DNA from: a virus
Reading direction: 5' to 3' (one strand)
IMG/VR virus record: IMGVR_UViG_3300011271_000002
Span: 32,001-96,000 of that record
DNA length: 64,000 nt
The notes under the pieces: generated by a model
The model's input: only the letters and a program-made list of their open reading frames with translations
What the model was told of the DNA's origin: nothing
Database searches by the model: none
Program-made: the position numbers and the translations under genes
In this document: piece after piece, positions 47,801 through 55,731 of the stretch
How positions within the stretch are numbered: the stretch's first letter is position 1
How the letters are laid out: the number at the start of each line of letters is the position of its first letter

Positions 47801-48273
47801 TAGAATAGATCCGAGTTCGCCACGCCAGCAGGCGCGGAGCCTTCCGGTTCCGACACTCCATGCCAACTACTTCCAGGGACTCCCGTCACCACACCCGTCA
47901 TGTTCGTACCGTCATATGAGAAAATTTGTTCAGTGCAATTCGTGGTCCCAGCTGCAGGATCAGGCTGGCTACCGCTAAGGATGTTTGAAGAGAACGTGTA
48001 TGTCCGACTACCGACTGAATCCTGGCACGAGCGTAGGAGATATAGCCCCGGTCCTTCCGTCGTGGCGCTGAAAGCCAGTGTGGTGTTACCCGCCCCGAAG
48101 TCCACCTCGCAGACATTCGTATTTAGGAAATTACACGTTGTCGTCCCACCCGAATTGAACGTCGGCTTATTGACATTGCCGTTTGAGAACAATGATGGAA
48201 CGCCGTTCAAGGTTAAAGTTTGAGCCGCCATCGGCACGCACGAGATGGTGAGTAGTATTAGGGCTTGGCGCAT
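44851..48273 (-). CDS. Large secreted fibre/adhesin-like protein 4 (1140 aa)
   Basis: MRQALILLTISCVPMAA-Q signal; Thr/Gly/Ser-rich modules, paired Cys, cement/DUF2190-like segments. Confidence 0.8.
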   Translation of the reverse strand: MRQALILLTISCVPMAAQTLTLNGVPSLFSNGNVNKPTFNSGGTTTCNFLNTNVCEVDFGAGNTTLAFSATTEGPGLYLLRSCQDSVGSRTYTFSSNILSGSQPDPAAGTTNCTEQIFSYDGTNMTGVVTGVPGSSWHGVSEPEGSAPAGVANSDLFYADSAAHRWKMNNNNGGAVQVVASGVDINISDQITGTNGLILPLSAALLATNSSRQVVLGAPFASNAQTAAYQVLAADFTNYKTILVASGTFTITLVASGSQPVNGNYITILNYGTGVVILARSGQNINGAAANLTGTAGSATAPTGWRVWSDGTNYFAEVISGGGGGTSVSVNGGSVSSPNFNAATPAAPGGNVNVTWQTSGSSVSGYIPITPPGGAVVNLSAVTVNTNTTSDQTLMELALPTGYLNNLRQPFLFDGAGTYSTQTAQTPTITLKTKLCTVSGCGSGTVVTLVSIVSTATIAAVTNNNWNLAVLGYTATTGASGNLEIHGPLAVDLGALTTTADSVFVDTNTAVSSNIDLTAALFVDFTVAFSTNAVTANTFTQRSGGVMPFSGGSGSYAAAEASATTWSIPNSVHGLGTCDLSFTTLVTSGTTRQWLQPKDAHCEMAAGGTQYDVTINWDTATAGYVLLLKSGSGTGGANTALSNLVFPSLNTNLSVGNMAITMTHTNASSTGTTLNKLAKLTGAPSTAVTPLTTDTNGVIGICVSGCGTTSTAEISIAGMTQCIYDGATTAGDYVQISTTTAGDCHDAGATVPLIGQILGRVLTTNGGGGTYDTHLRIESQGYVELASFQDGTNKLQSPTSTQALTYIGGQDASANSALGSVTLRGANETGAGGASSQGGGALHAGGSNAATNTASAGGSAELLAGSSTGATSTGLQGLLLVAESYAQSGTVTQWNLECYTSTAKTATDCSASPKVIAGIALSKSSTIQVTVAAAPSEIPVNASAAVTIGHTVCAGTTAGKVTDSGGTTPCGTGITVGVVIATSGTWPTFPDGTAFPTLSTTLPLIRLASHQGVGNGDATGVSTLASLTSINGSTVPTAAGSNILSQTIASGTAAMGTGAISSGACATVVTSTATGVASTDVLVASFNGDPTAVTGYVPSTSGMLTIIAYPTSGNVNFKTCNNTGSSVTPGAITLNWMVMR

Positions 48274-48596
48274 TCAAGCACGTTCTCTTTGGCAAACTTG
48301 GCTTCATCCAGTTGGCAGATTGCTCGAACTACTATCAGATAAGCATCGAATTCTCTTTCCGCCGCGATCCGCGCCGCCTGGGCATTTATTTCGTCGAGCC
48401 GCTTCTCCATCATTTTTGCCCGCTTGCTCCAATAGATGATCTGCATGGGAGCTAGGATGACAGGCGAATCTTTCTTGCTCTCCGGCGTGGCGACTGTTTC
48501 TTTCGTGGCGTCGGCCACCGGCTTTTCGTCCTGTTGCTTCGTTTGGCCAGCAAAGGATAGACTCGCACACAATACGAAAAATAGTAACCGTGTCAT
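48258..48596 (-). CDS. Secreted coiled-coil protein 3
   Basis: MTRLLFFVLCASLSFA signal; helical; two C-terminal Cys. Confidence 0.7.
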   Translation of the reverse strand: MTRLLFFVLCASLSFAGQTKQQDEKPVADATKETVATPESKKDSPVILAPMQIIYWSKRAKMMEKRLDEINAQAARIAAEREFDAYLIVVRAICQLDEAKFAKENVLECAKP

Positions 48597-48605
48597 TCTC
48601 GGTTC

Positions 48606-49631
48606 CTACATGTTGATGACGGAGATGCCGGTAGCGTAAGAATTGGTTCCGTCGTCGAGAAACGATACAACTGTACACTTCGACGCCGTAAGACCGATGT
48701 CTGGATGACCCAACATCGTGGCTGGCCAAACGAAGGTAAAGTTCCCAGTTCCATTTTGGCAGACTTTGATTATTGGCTCAAGGCCGTTCGAATGATTCGA
48801 TACCGTCGCTCCGGTGACGTTGCCGGTCAGTGTGATGGTGAAAATGTCCGACAAACTTAGATCAAAATTAGGCGTGGCGGAAAATGACACCGTCGTGCTC
48901 TTGTGTGCCATGTTGCCTGGCAGAATGATGGCAGTAGCCAACGAGATCACCGGAGTTGTACCTCCAGTGCTCGCGATTTGATTGCTCGTACCGTTGACTG
49001 CTGTCACGGAACCACCAGCGCTACCACAAGCCCCTGACTGAGGATTGAATAGTTGGAATTGAGTTCCATCATAAATGACTTCGGCCACGGCCGCCGTGAT
49101 CAGATCATTCGCCACAAGAGCCGTAGTTCCGCACTTCGTGATGGCCGTGGCGGTAAGACCATTGACCGCTAGCGTCGGAGCCGCTCCGGTATTGGCCGCA
49201 TTCGGCTTGAAATAAAGCGTGAGACCGGTCGTCAACGCCGTAGCGGCAGGAGCTAGCGTTGCGGTCTGAGCTTGCGCCGTGCCACCACCCGCGATGTAGT
49301 CGGTTGCGTTGAGATCAGAGAAACTCTTGCCAGCTGGATCGGCTCCCGTCACGCCACTCAAGATAGCTAGGTTCGCAAGCGCTACGCCGCCGATCGCATT
49401 GCCAGAAGCTGCGTTAACCGATACGCTATGATTCGCCGCCCCGCTATTGACGTTGCAGGTAGAACCTAAGGTACAGGTCTGGCCATTGACGGTAGTGGAA
49501 GCATTACTCAGCGAGCCGTTGGTAACACTAGCCAGCGTTTGATTTGGGACGCCATTGATGGTGCCGGTACCTTGTGCGAAAGCCGCTATTGCGATTAGCT
49601 GCAACGAGAAGGCGAGACGAAGAGAACGCAT
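48606..49631 (-). CDS. Secreted fibre-like protein 2
   Basis: MRSLRLAFSLQLIAIAAFA-Q signal; AANTGAAPTLAVNGL fibre motif; C-terminal FSATPNFDLS..ITLTGNVT..CQ.G.G..F.W module. Confidence 0.8.
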   Translation of the reverse strand: MRSLRLAFSLQLIAIAAFAQGTGTINGVPNQTLASVTNGSLSNASTTVNGQTCTLGSTCNVNSGAANHSVSVNAASGNAIGGVALANLAILSGVTGADPAGKSFSDLNATDYIAGGGTAQAQTATLAPAATALTTGLTLYFKPNAANTGAAPTLAVNGLTATAITKCGTTALVANDLITAAVAEVIYDGTQFQLFNPQSGACGSAGGSVTAVNGTSNQIASTGGTTPVISLATAIILPGNMAHKSTTVSFSATPNFDLSLSDIFTITLTGNVTGATVSNHSNGLEPIIKVCQNGTGNFTFVWPATMLGHPDIGLTASKCTVVSFLDDGTNSYATGISVINM

Positions 49632-49653
49632 TTTGTTTTGTATCCTTCTTGTG

Positions 49654-50451
49654 TCATTGATTGATGAGACCCTTAGCGTAGATTTGATCACCATCCGAAG
49701 TGAAATCCTGTGTTGAACATTTGCTTGCTATCAATCCTACCCCAAAACCGCCGTGCACGCGCGCGGCCCAAGCGAAGGTGTGATTTCCGGCCGGGTCCTG
49801 GCAGATCGTTATGGTGATCGTCTGTCCAGCCAGAACGTTGGGGAAAGTCTGATTCGTCACGTTGCCGGTCAATGTTATTTTGAAGGCGGTCGCCACGCTG
49901 AGATCGAATACCGGTGTGGCAGAATAAGGCACAGTTAAAAAAGTTGGCGGGCTCTGCGGTCCCCATTGCACGACGCCGCCTATCACCTCGAGCGCATAAC
50001 CATTCGATCCAATCGGCGTCAGTTGATTTATGTTCAGCGCGAACGGCGTGGCGGGTAAGGCGTTGACCTGAACTCCGGAAAGATCCAGCGTCGTCCCCGT
50101 ATCCGGCACGCTCCAGAAATCGCGGTACACGATCCCGTTCGTGTGGTACTCCGCAACGTATCCGAGCGGCGCCGTGGTGGTGCCCGTGGCCGTACTTCCG
50201 ATCGTTGGTTGCAGATTGACATCGAGGTATCCGGTGTTCGCTCCGGATGTGGGGATATCGTATCGGAAAACTGTGGTGGTGACCGCTACGCCACCGGCCG
50301 TCCGGAAGGGACGATTTGCCTGGATCAACACGTAGCCTGTCGCCGGTGCGCTGCCCGGGCCCGCGACATTGAGCAATTGGCGAATGTGCGTGATCGCGCC
50401 CAATGGCATGGAGACGCTCAGAAGAGCAAGTACTGCCAGCCTGTGACGCAT
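49654..50451 (-). CDS. Secreted fibre-like protein 1
   Basis: GGAGGT SD; MRHRLAVLALLSVSMPLGA signal; C-terminal YSATPVFDLS..ITLTGNVT..CQD module. Confidence 0.8.
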   Translation of the reverse strand: MRHRLAVLALLSVSMPLGAITHIRQLLNVAGPGSAPATGYVLIQANRPFRTAGGVAVTTTVFRYDIPTSGANTGYLDVNLQPTIGSTATGTTTAPLGYVAEYHTNGIVYRDFWSVPDTGTTLDLSGVQVNALPATPFALNINQLTPIGSNGYALEVIGGVVQWGPQSPPTFLTVPYSATPVFDLSVATAFKITLTGNVTNQTFPNVLAGQTITITICQDPAGNHTFAWAARVHGGFGVGLIASKCSTQDFTSDGDQIYAKGLINQ

Positions 50452-50523
50452 CGGACGCGCGACCTCCAGTCGGGATTCTTAATTACTCAGTCTACGCTAA
50501 GATCGGAACTGGAGGAACATCCC

Positions 50524-50694
50524 ATGTGGCTCTCGGTGCTCGTGTTCGTGCTCGGCCTCGCTCTTTTCGTGACGGTCGATCAGGCGAAATATCCAAACTT
50601 GAAGGAAATCGGAAGGATAATGTTATTTTCCGGCCTGTTCGTGGCGCTGCTGAAATTCGCTTGGCCGCTGAGTGAGGCAGTGCGGAGATTTTAG
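50524..50694 (+). CDS. Small two-TM membrane protein
   Basis: GGAGG SD; MWLSVLVFVLGLALFV...IMLFSGLFVALL; divergent from the fibre operon. Confidence 0.7.
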   Translation: MWLSVLVFVLGLALFVTVDQAKYPNLKEIGRIMLFSGLFVALLKFAWPLSEAVRRF

Positions 50695-50924
50695 TCGGCA
50701 AGATCCGCTTCGCCGTGACTCGCGTTCCAGTGCGGAATCTCGCCACAGGCCGCGCAGTGCACGAACTTGCCCACGGTACCGCCGGGCGCATCGTGGCCGC
50801 ATTCCAGTGCCACTCTTCGCGGCGTCATCGACGGGCACTCGCATTTCGTGGATCGCCGGTGGCAGGCAATGCAGAACGCGACTACTTCGCGTAGGAGTTT
50901 GAAGGCGCCGGATTTGAAGCCCAT
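50691..50924 (-). CDS. Small Cys-rich protein
   Basis: CIAC, LECGH, CAAC; GAGG SD. Confidence 0.55.
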   Translation of the reverse strand: MGFKSGAFKLLREVVAFCIACHRRSTKCECPSMTPRRVALECGHDAPGGTVGKFVHCAACGEIPHWNASHGEADLAD

Positions 50925-51265
50925 TTGCTATTCCTCTGAATCTGCCTGTGTTTGATGATTAGTTCCGCCATCACCTCGGGATTTCTGTAGACGATCCTGC
51001 TTTTGCATCGCTGGCGCATCGCATCGTCGATCTCTTGAACTCCTCGAATCAAATTGCAGTAACGATGGGCCAGTTTAAGATTCTCGCTGACCGTCTGCCC
51101 TTTCTTAAAGCGCGGCACAACGTGATCGAGGGAAGCGCGAACATCGTGGCTCAACGGAAGATGAGAAAGAAACCTACCACGAAATAGCATCGGCAGTTCG
51201 CAGATCCAGCACAGCTCGCCGTGTTCGTGGCGCATCCGCACGAGATTCGAGCGCAGACTTTTCAG
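50882..51265 (-). CDS. HNH endonuclease (start uncertain, possibly CTG at 51265)
   Basis: CWIC..M, ASLDHVVP...G....NL.LAH..CN..RG. Confidence 0.8.
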   Translation of the reverse strand: MKSLRSNLVRMRHEHGELCWICELPMLFRGRFLSHLPLSHDVRASLDHVVPRFKKGQTVSENLKLAHRYCNLIRGVQEIDDAMRQRCKSRIVYRNPEVMAELIIKHRQIQRNSKWASNPAPSNSYAK

Positions 51266-51801
51266 CCGATCATCCTCAACTGTTCCGGCCAGTGCTCCGC
51301 GCAAATGAATGAGCGGTCATCGCCAAGGTCGCGGATGTGTCGGAAGCAGCCTGGCTGTCCGCATTGGACGCGCTGTAGGGTCAGGACGACGTCGCTCTTT
51401 TTCCAGTAATATTCGTCGACGCGGCGGTCGCCACCAGACTTGTTCCGCTTCCTCCGGACGATAACGCGCATCGTGTGATCCATGACAACTCCCTGCTGAT
51501 TGAGGTCCGCGATTTGCAGAATGTGGCCCTGGCGAGTTCGCTTCATATTTGAGCATTCGTCGCCAACCTGGAGAAGATCCACGCGCTTGGGCAGGAACAA
51601 TTCAACCGGCCAGATACAGCGGCCATCGGCGGCGGCCGCGCACTGGTAGCAGAGCTGATGTTTGCATGTGCAATCGGTGAAAGTGCCCGTCATCGAAACC
51701 GTCATCGCGGTGCAAAACTGGAAAATCTGGCCATGCTCGCGCGGGCAGCGATGGCAGAATGGACGGTCGCTTCGACAGATCGCGCAGAAGGCGGAAGTCA
51801 T
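51262..51801 (-). CDS. Cys-rich hypothetical protein
   Basis: ATGA-coupled start MTSAFCAIC; multiple CxxC. Confidence 0.55.
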   Translation of the reverse strand: MTSAFCAICRSDRPFCHRCPREHGQIFQFCTAMTVSMTGTFTDCTCKHQLCYQCAAAADGRCIWPVELFLPKRVDLLQVGDECSNMKRTRQGHILQIADLNQQGVVMDHTMRVIVRRKRNKSGGDRRVDEYYWKKSDVVLTLQRVQCGQPGCFRHIRDLGDDRSFICAEHWPEQLRMIG

Positions 51802-52220
51802 TTGCCTTCCAGGATGCCTCTGATCTTGTGAATCCGACATGTGTGATCGAAACTGCACGGATCGCCATCTTCGCAGCGATCTAAATTGACGTGATCTCCA
51901 ATTCTTGAGGCCAGATCGGTAGGCGGTAAGGCAGGAACGCCACTGCCGCCGCGCGGTGGGACTGGCACCGTCGCCATTTCTACCGCCGCATCAATCGGGC
52001 CATCGTGCTCGCGCCCAGCGAGCCTGTCGATCACCCACGGATCGCGCGCGGCCGGCCACACCTTCGCGGACCGCATCAGCCCGCCGCCGTCCGAGTGCGT
52101 CGTCCAACCGAAGACTCGCTCGGCGCCGGTTTGCGCATCGAAGAAGCGGACCTCGTAGCGCTGGCCGCGGTCACCGCTTATGACGGCAAGAAAACTACAC
52201 TCGTTTTCAGTCTTCGACAT
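51798..52220 (-). CDS. Hypothetical protein
   Basis: GGAG SD; overlapping chain. Confidence 0.55.
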   Translation of the reverse strand: MSKTENECSFLAVISGDRGQRYEVRFFDAQTGAERVFGWTTHSDGGGLMRSAKVWPAARDPWVIDRLAGREHDGPIDAAVEMATVPVPPRGGSGVPALPPTDLASRIGDHVNLDRCEDGDPCSFDHTCRIHKIRGILEGK

Positions 52221-52533
52221 CGCGCTCTCCAGGGCCGAAAGGATCGAATTGCGTCAGGATGTCAACCGCGAACCGTTTGGCGGAATCGACGTCTATGAAC
52301 ATAAAACCGTCGCACTGGTTGAGAATTTTTGAGGGTACGCCGCAGCGGAATTCTACTTGGTAATCATATTCATCCTCGGTAGGTTCCTTTATGTCCGCGA
52401 GGATTCTGCCGCTGGCATGCACCAGGATGTGATTTGAGAATTTATCACCATCACGATCACGTCCGGATTTGAACTGCCAGTCAAGCTCGGCTGCATCGAG
52501 GCGGCGGGATTCACTCCCTATTTTTTCTTCCAT
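52207..52533 (-). CDS. Hypothetical protein
   Basis: GGAGG SD. Confidence 0.6.
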   Translation of the reverse strand: MEEKIGSESRRLDAAELDWQFKSGRDRDGDKFSNHILVHASGRILADIKEPTEDEYDYQVEFRCGVPSKILNQCDGFMFIDVDSAKRFAVDILTQFDPFGPGERDVED

Positions 52534-52793
52534 TTCAAGCCTCCTGTCAGCCCATGTGTCAGGGCCCGCGCACCGCGTTGCTTTCGCGCATCCGAAGCGG
52601 CGCTCGAGTCTCGCGCTCTATCGATTCCCGATCTACGCATCCAGGCCATGCCGCGAGAGTGCGTCTGGCAGCGCCCGGTGATTGGATCGGCTGGGAACAC
52701 ACAGCCCTTTACCGCCGTGCAGCGCGGGCCGGGATCGACCGGGGAGTCCGCACGCATCGCTGGGGCCATGTTGGGCATTAGGCAGTTCTCCAT
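52518..52793 (-). CDS. Hypothetical protein
   Basis: RC....C.F.....GRC..H; start uncertain. Confidence 0.45.
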   Translation of the reverse strand: MENCLMPNMAPAMRADSPVDPGPRCTAVKGCVFPADPITGRCQTHSRGMAWMRRSGIDRARDSSAASDARKQRGARALTHGLTGGLKWKKK

Positions 52794-53653
52794 GCTGCGT
52801 GGATGATCGCCGGCCTAGCCCAGCGCCGCTGAAATCGGCGCCACTCCAGACCAGGCCTATACCTCTCCGCGCTGGCAGTCTCCGGATCCCATAGCATCGC
52901 GTGTGGAGTGAAACCGATTTCCAGCATTTCGCGCAATCGTTTTTCGGCCGCCGGAAAAGTGTCTTTGGGGTAGCCGATTAGAACGTAAACGCGTAAACGA
53001 TGCGAACGCGCGGTGAAGCCGGCCGCGAGTAGCCGATCAGCCGCACTCTTCAACGTCTCGAATGGATCGCCAGGATCATAGGCGAAGAAACAATTCGGGC
53101 GTGGCTTCAGATCGGCCAGTAGCCCGACCTGATAGTCCTCTAACGCCAAGGCCTCGAGCCCACCCGTGAATTCTACCCGTCGACGTTGGCGTGTAAGCAT
53201 AGCGAACACCGCGCGCACGTGTGGCTCTGGACACGCTAGCAGATTATCATCGAGGATGTTCCAGCCGTCCTGAATCGGTAGCAGACGTGGAATTGGATCT
53301 CTTTTCCACACTGAACAGAACCAGCAACGTCGCGGGCAGCCACGCGACGTGAAGGTATAGCCGGTCTTGATGTACCGCCCTGGAATGAATTCGGCGCCGG
53401 GATCTTCGTACGCCACGCCGCCAAGCTTGATCGTCGCCACATGCCGCCATTCTTCGGCGAGCCGCTCAGCTCGCGCCTTGTCGGCGGTGAAGGTCACGTC
53501 GATGTGCACCTCGTCGGCCTCAACGAACAGGTTTGGCGGGCCGAAAAAGGCCATCGCATCATCGGGGCTCGCCTTCGTTCGACGCGGGAACACGCGGGCC
53601 ATAAGCTTCGGCTCAGGCGGCTGGCCCAGGATGGGAAAAGTTGGAATAATCAT
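52778..53653 (-). CDS. Radical SAM protein
   Basis: FTSRGCPRRCWFC (CxxxCxxC), ILDDNLLA, FTGGLE, VYVLIGY. Confidence 0.88.
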   Translation of the reverse strand: MIIPTFPILGQPPEPKLMARVFPRRTKASPDDAMAFFGPPNLFVEADEVHIDVTFTADKARAERLAEEWRHVATIKLGGVAYEDPGAEFIPGRYIKTGYTFTSRGCPRRCWFCSVWKRDPIPRLLPIQDGWNILDDNLLACPEPHVRAVFAMLTRQRRRVEFTGGLEALALEDYQVGLLADLKPRPNCFFAYDPGDPFETLKSAADRLLAAGFTARSHRLRVYVLIGYPKDTFPAAEKRLREMLEIGFTPHAMLWDPETASAERYRPGLEWRRFQRRWARPAIIHAAWRTA

Positions 53654-53976
53654 GGCTTTTTGGCTCTTCGTATACGAGCCGTACAGAAGCCGGCCGTCTC
53701 CCGCCCGAACTCATTTTGGCAGTGTAGCCCAGGATCAGCTTTGCAATGTGGACATGGGAACGCTAATGGATCTACCTGATCCATGCATGCGGGATCGCTA
53801 CAACGTGCGGCATATTGACCATTCGAGCACGTTGTGTGACCGCATTCCAATCGGACACGCGGCCGATCAAAGATGCTGTTGGATACCGTCAGGACCTCAA
53901 CTATTTTACGAAGCGGCCCGCGGCGCTGAGCGGAATTTCCGCCAGTCCTTCCCTTCAGGTGTCCCTGACGGCTCAT
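53650..53976 (-). CDS. Zn-finger protein
   Basis: LECGH, CPHCKA.PG..C; ATGA-coupled at both ends. Confidence 0.6.
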   Translation of the reverse strand: MSRQGHLKGRTGGNSAQRRGPLRKIVEVLTVSNSIFDRPRVRLECGHTTCSNGQYAARCSDPACMDQVDPLAFPCPHCKADPGLHCQNEFGRETAGFCTARIRRAKKP

Positions 53977-55643
53977 GCGGATGCCGCCTCTCGCAGTTCT
54001 CGCGCCTCGCGCTTCGTGGTGACCCAGCGGGCAAGTTCCTCAAGCACGGCCTTTACCCATCCCCATGAACGGGGCCGTAAATCAGCTTTTTCAATGCAAA
54101 GCTTATAGCGATTGTATAGCCTGGAGACCGCGACCTCTGTCGGTATTTCGCAACGAGTGATGATCCTAATCGCGGCGCGCATGATTTTAGTATCGGCCTC
54201 AAGCTGCACTTTTATCCAGGGTTGGAACTGTAGCAGCCCACGCCGTAGAAGATCGATATCTTCTGATTCCAGAAGTTGCCCGTATGCCGGCGGTTTCCGC
54301 GGGGGTTGGGTTTTGGTTTGGGGTTGAGTTGGATTTATGAGTTCGGCTGAATCAAAGGTTTTCAGATTAGAGAAACCCACTAATGATACGGGCATGAGTG
54401 GATCGGACAAAGTGTCCGATGGACCAGTTGAGATATTCTCTTTATCCACAGGCTTTTCAACAGGCTTGGCGGTGGATCGCAGGAAGTACAACGAAGCAGA
54501 CCGATAGCGCCTTTTGATCCAAATCAGACCCTTCTCCACAAGTTCTTGTGTCCAGCGAGTTACTGACCGGCTCGAACTTTCCAGTTTAGCGGCAAGCCAC
54601 CGCTGGCGAGGATTGCAGGTCTCGAGGCCGCGCGATACTCGGACAAGCAGCGCCATAAGCTCCCGTGCGCCACGGCTGAGTCCGCGGCCGGCCCAGGCGT
54701 CATGCAAGACAGTGCCCGGGCCTTTGGGGTAGCCTTTCTGTGTCGGCCATGGCGGGCGCTGTACGGGCGCTGCGCTGGGGACTGCCGCTATACATTCCAC
54801 CATGCCTATGTATGGTGGAGACTGCTCAAGTTGTTGATTCTTGGTTTCCGAAACCATACATCTGCATTCCGTGCTGATATTATCAGACGGTTCTGCAGTC
54901 TCACGGAGCTCGAGAACCTGCTGGCTACCATCAGGGAGGATGTGGGAGGATGTGGGAGGATGTGGGAGCGGTTGGGAAGATTCAGTAGTATCTAACAGTT
55001 GAGAGGAGTCGACTTCCACTTTTTCTCCTTCATTTGAGGCCGTCGATTGGGGTGTCGCGTCGACACCCTGGCTCACTTGACCGCACGCGCCGGGGTCCAG
55101 CGCCTCATCGCCAGCATCGCAGCCGCCGATTCGGGCCGCGATCCGTTCGATGGTCGACGCTGCGCTCATCATCCCTCCGCCGCGACTTCCGGTAAAACGC
55201 GGTAAATCGGTGGCGCAGAGTGGAACGGTTTCCGACATAGATCGTTGATTCGATTCATTCGAATGCTGGGCACAAGGTGGTAGTGACTGGCGGTAAAACG
55301 CGGTAGAAACAGCGGCTGGCGGTGGCGTCGTGCCTGAAGGTGTACAATCGTGGTAAAGCTGACTTTTTGAGCTAGGCGTTGATTGCGGGTAGTTCTGGCG
55401 GGCTCGCCACCGCGCCTGCTGTTCCTGGTAGATCTGGTCTGCCTCGGCCCTGGTGACGCGCTCGCCAGTGGGCAGGACTACAAAGGTATGGCTTTTTGGA
55501 TTAGAACCAGTTATAATTGGCACGTCAAGCCCTCCTTGGGCCGACTCCGCGATTCGTCGTCGCGGGTGATCTGTGGTCTTGGATTCGGGCCGGCCTTCGG
55601 GTCGGCCTTTTGCTTCTAAGGCGAAAATAAACTGTACACCCAC
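53973..55643 (-). CDS. Replication initiator-like winged-helix protein (true start uncertain; the N-terminal half is low-complexity)
   Basis: LSRGARELMALL...CNPRQRWLAAKLESSSRSVTRWTQELVEKGLI..RR....SLY; DnaA boxes follow the HTH-coding region. Confidence 0.75.
   Translation of the reverse strand: MGVQFIFALEAKGRPEGRPESKTTDHPRRRIAESAQGGLDVPIITGSNPKSHTFVVLPTGERVTRAEADQIYQEQQARWRARQNYPQSTPSSKSQLYHDCTPSGTTPPPAAVSTAFYRQSLPPCAQHSNESNQRSMSETVPLCATDLPRFTGSRGGGMMSAASTIERIAARIGGCDAGDEALDPGACGQVSQGVDATPQSTASNEGEKVEVDSSQLLDTTESSQPLPHPPTSSHILPDGSQQVLELRETAEPSDNISTECRCMVSETKNQQLEQSPPYIGMVECIAAVPSAAPVQRPPWPTQKGYPKGPGTVLHDAWAGRGLSRGARELMALLVRVSRGLETCNPRQRWLAAKLESSSRSVTRWTQELVEKGLIWIKRRYRSASLYFLRSTAKPVEKPVDKENISTGPSDTLSDPLMPVSLVGFSNLKTFDSAELINPTQPQTKTQPPRKPPAYGQLLESEDIDLLRRGLLQFQPWIKVQLEADTKIMRAAIRIITRCEIPTEVAVSRLYNRYKLCIEKADLRPRSWGWVKAVLEELARWVTTKREARELREAASA
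54402..54540. promoter_or_regulatory. Putative replication origin inside the initiator gene
   Basis: Perfect DnaA box TTATCCACA (54442-54450); 1-mismatch boxes TTTTCAACA (54454-54462) and TTCTCCACA (54532-54540); inverted repeat ATCGGACA-AAG-TGTCCGAT (54402-54420). Confidence 0.65.
54934..54968. repeat. 10-bp tandem repeat (GGGAGGATGT) x3.5
   Basis: Read directly from the sequence. Confidence 0.9.
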
Positions 55644-55731
55644 TCCAGCCGATTTGCAAATTTATCTATTAGTGGGCTGGCTCAAGTCAGGACACGCCGC
55701 TAATTGTGGCGCTGCCGATTTACCACTTATT

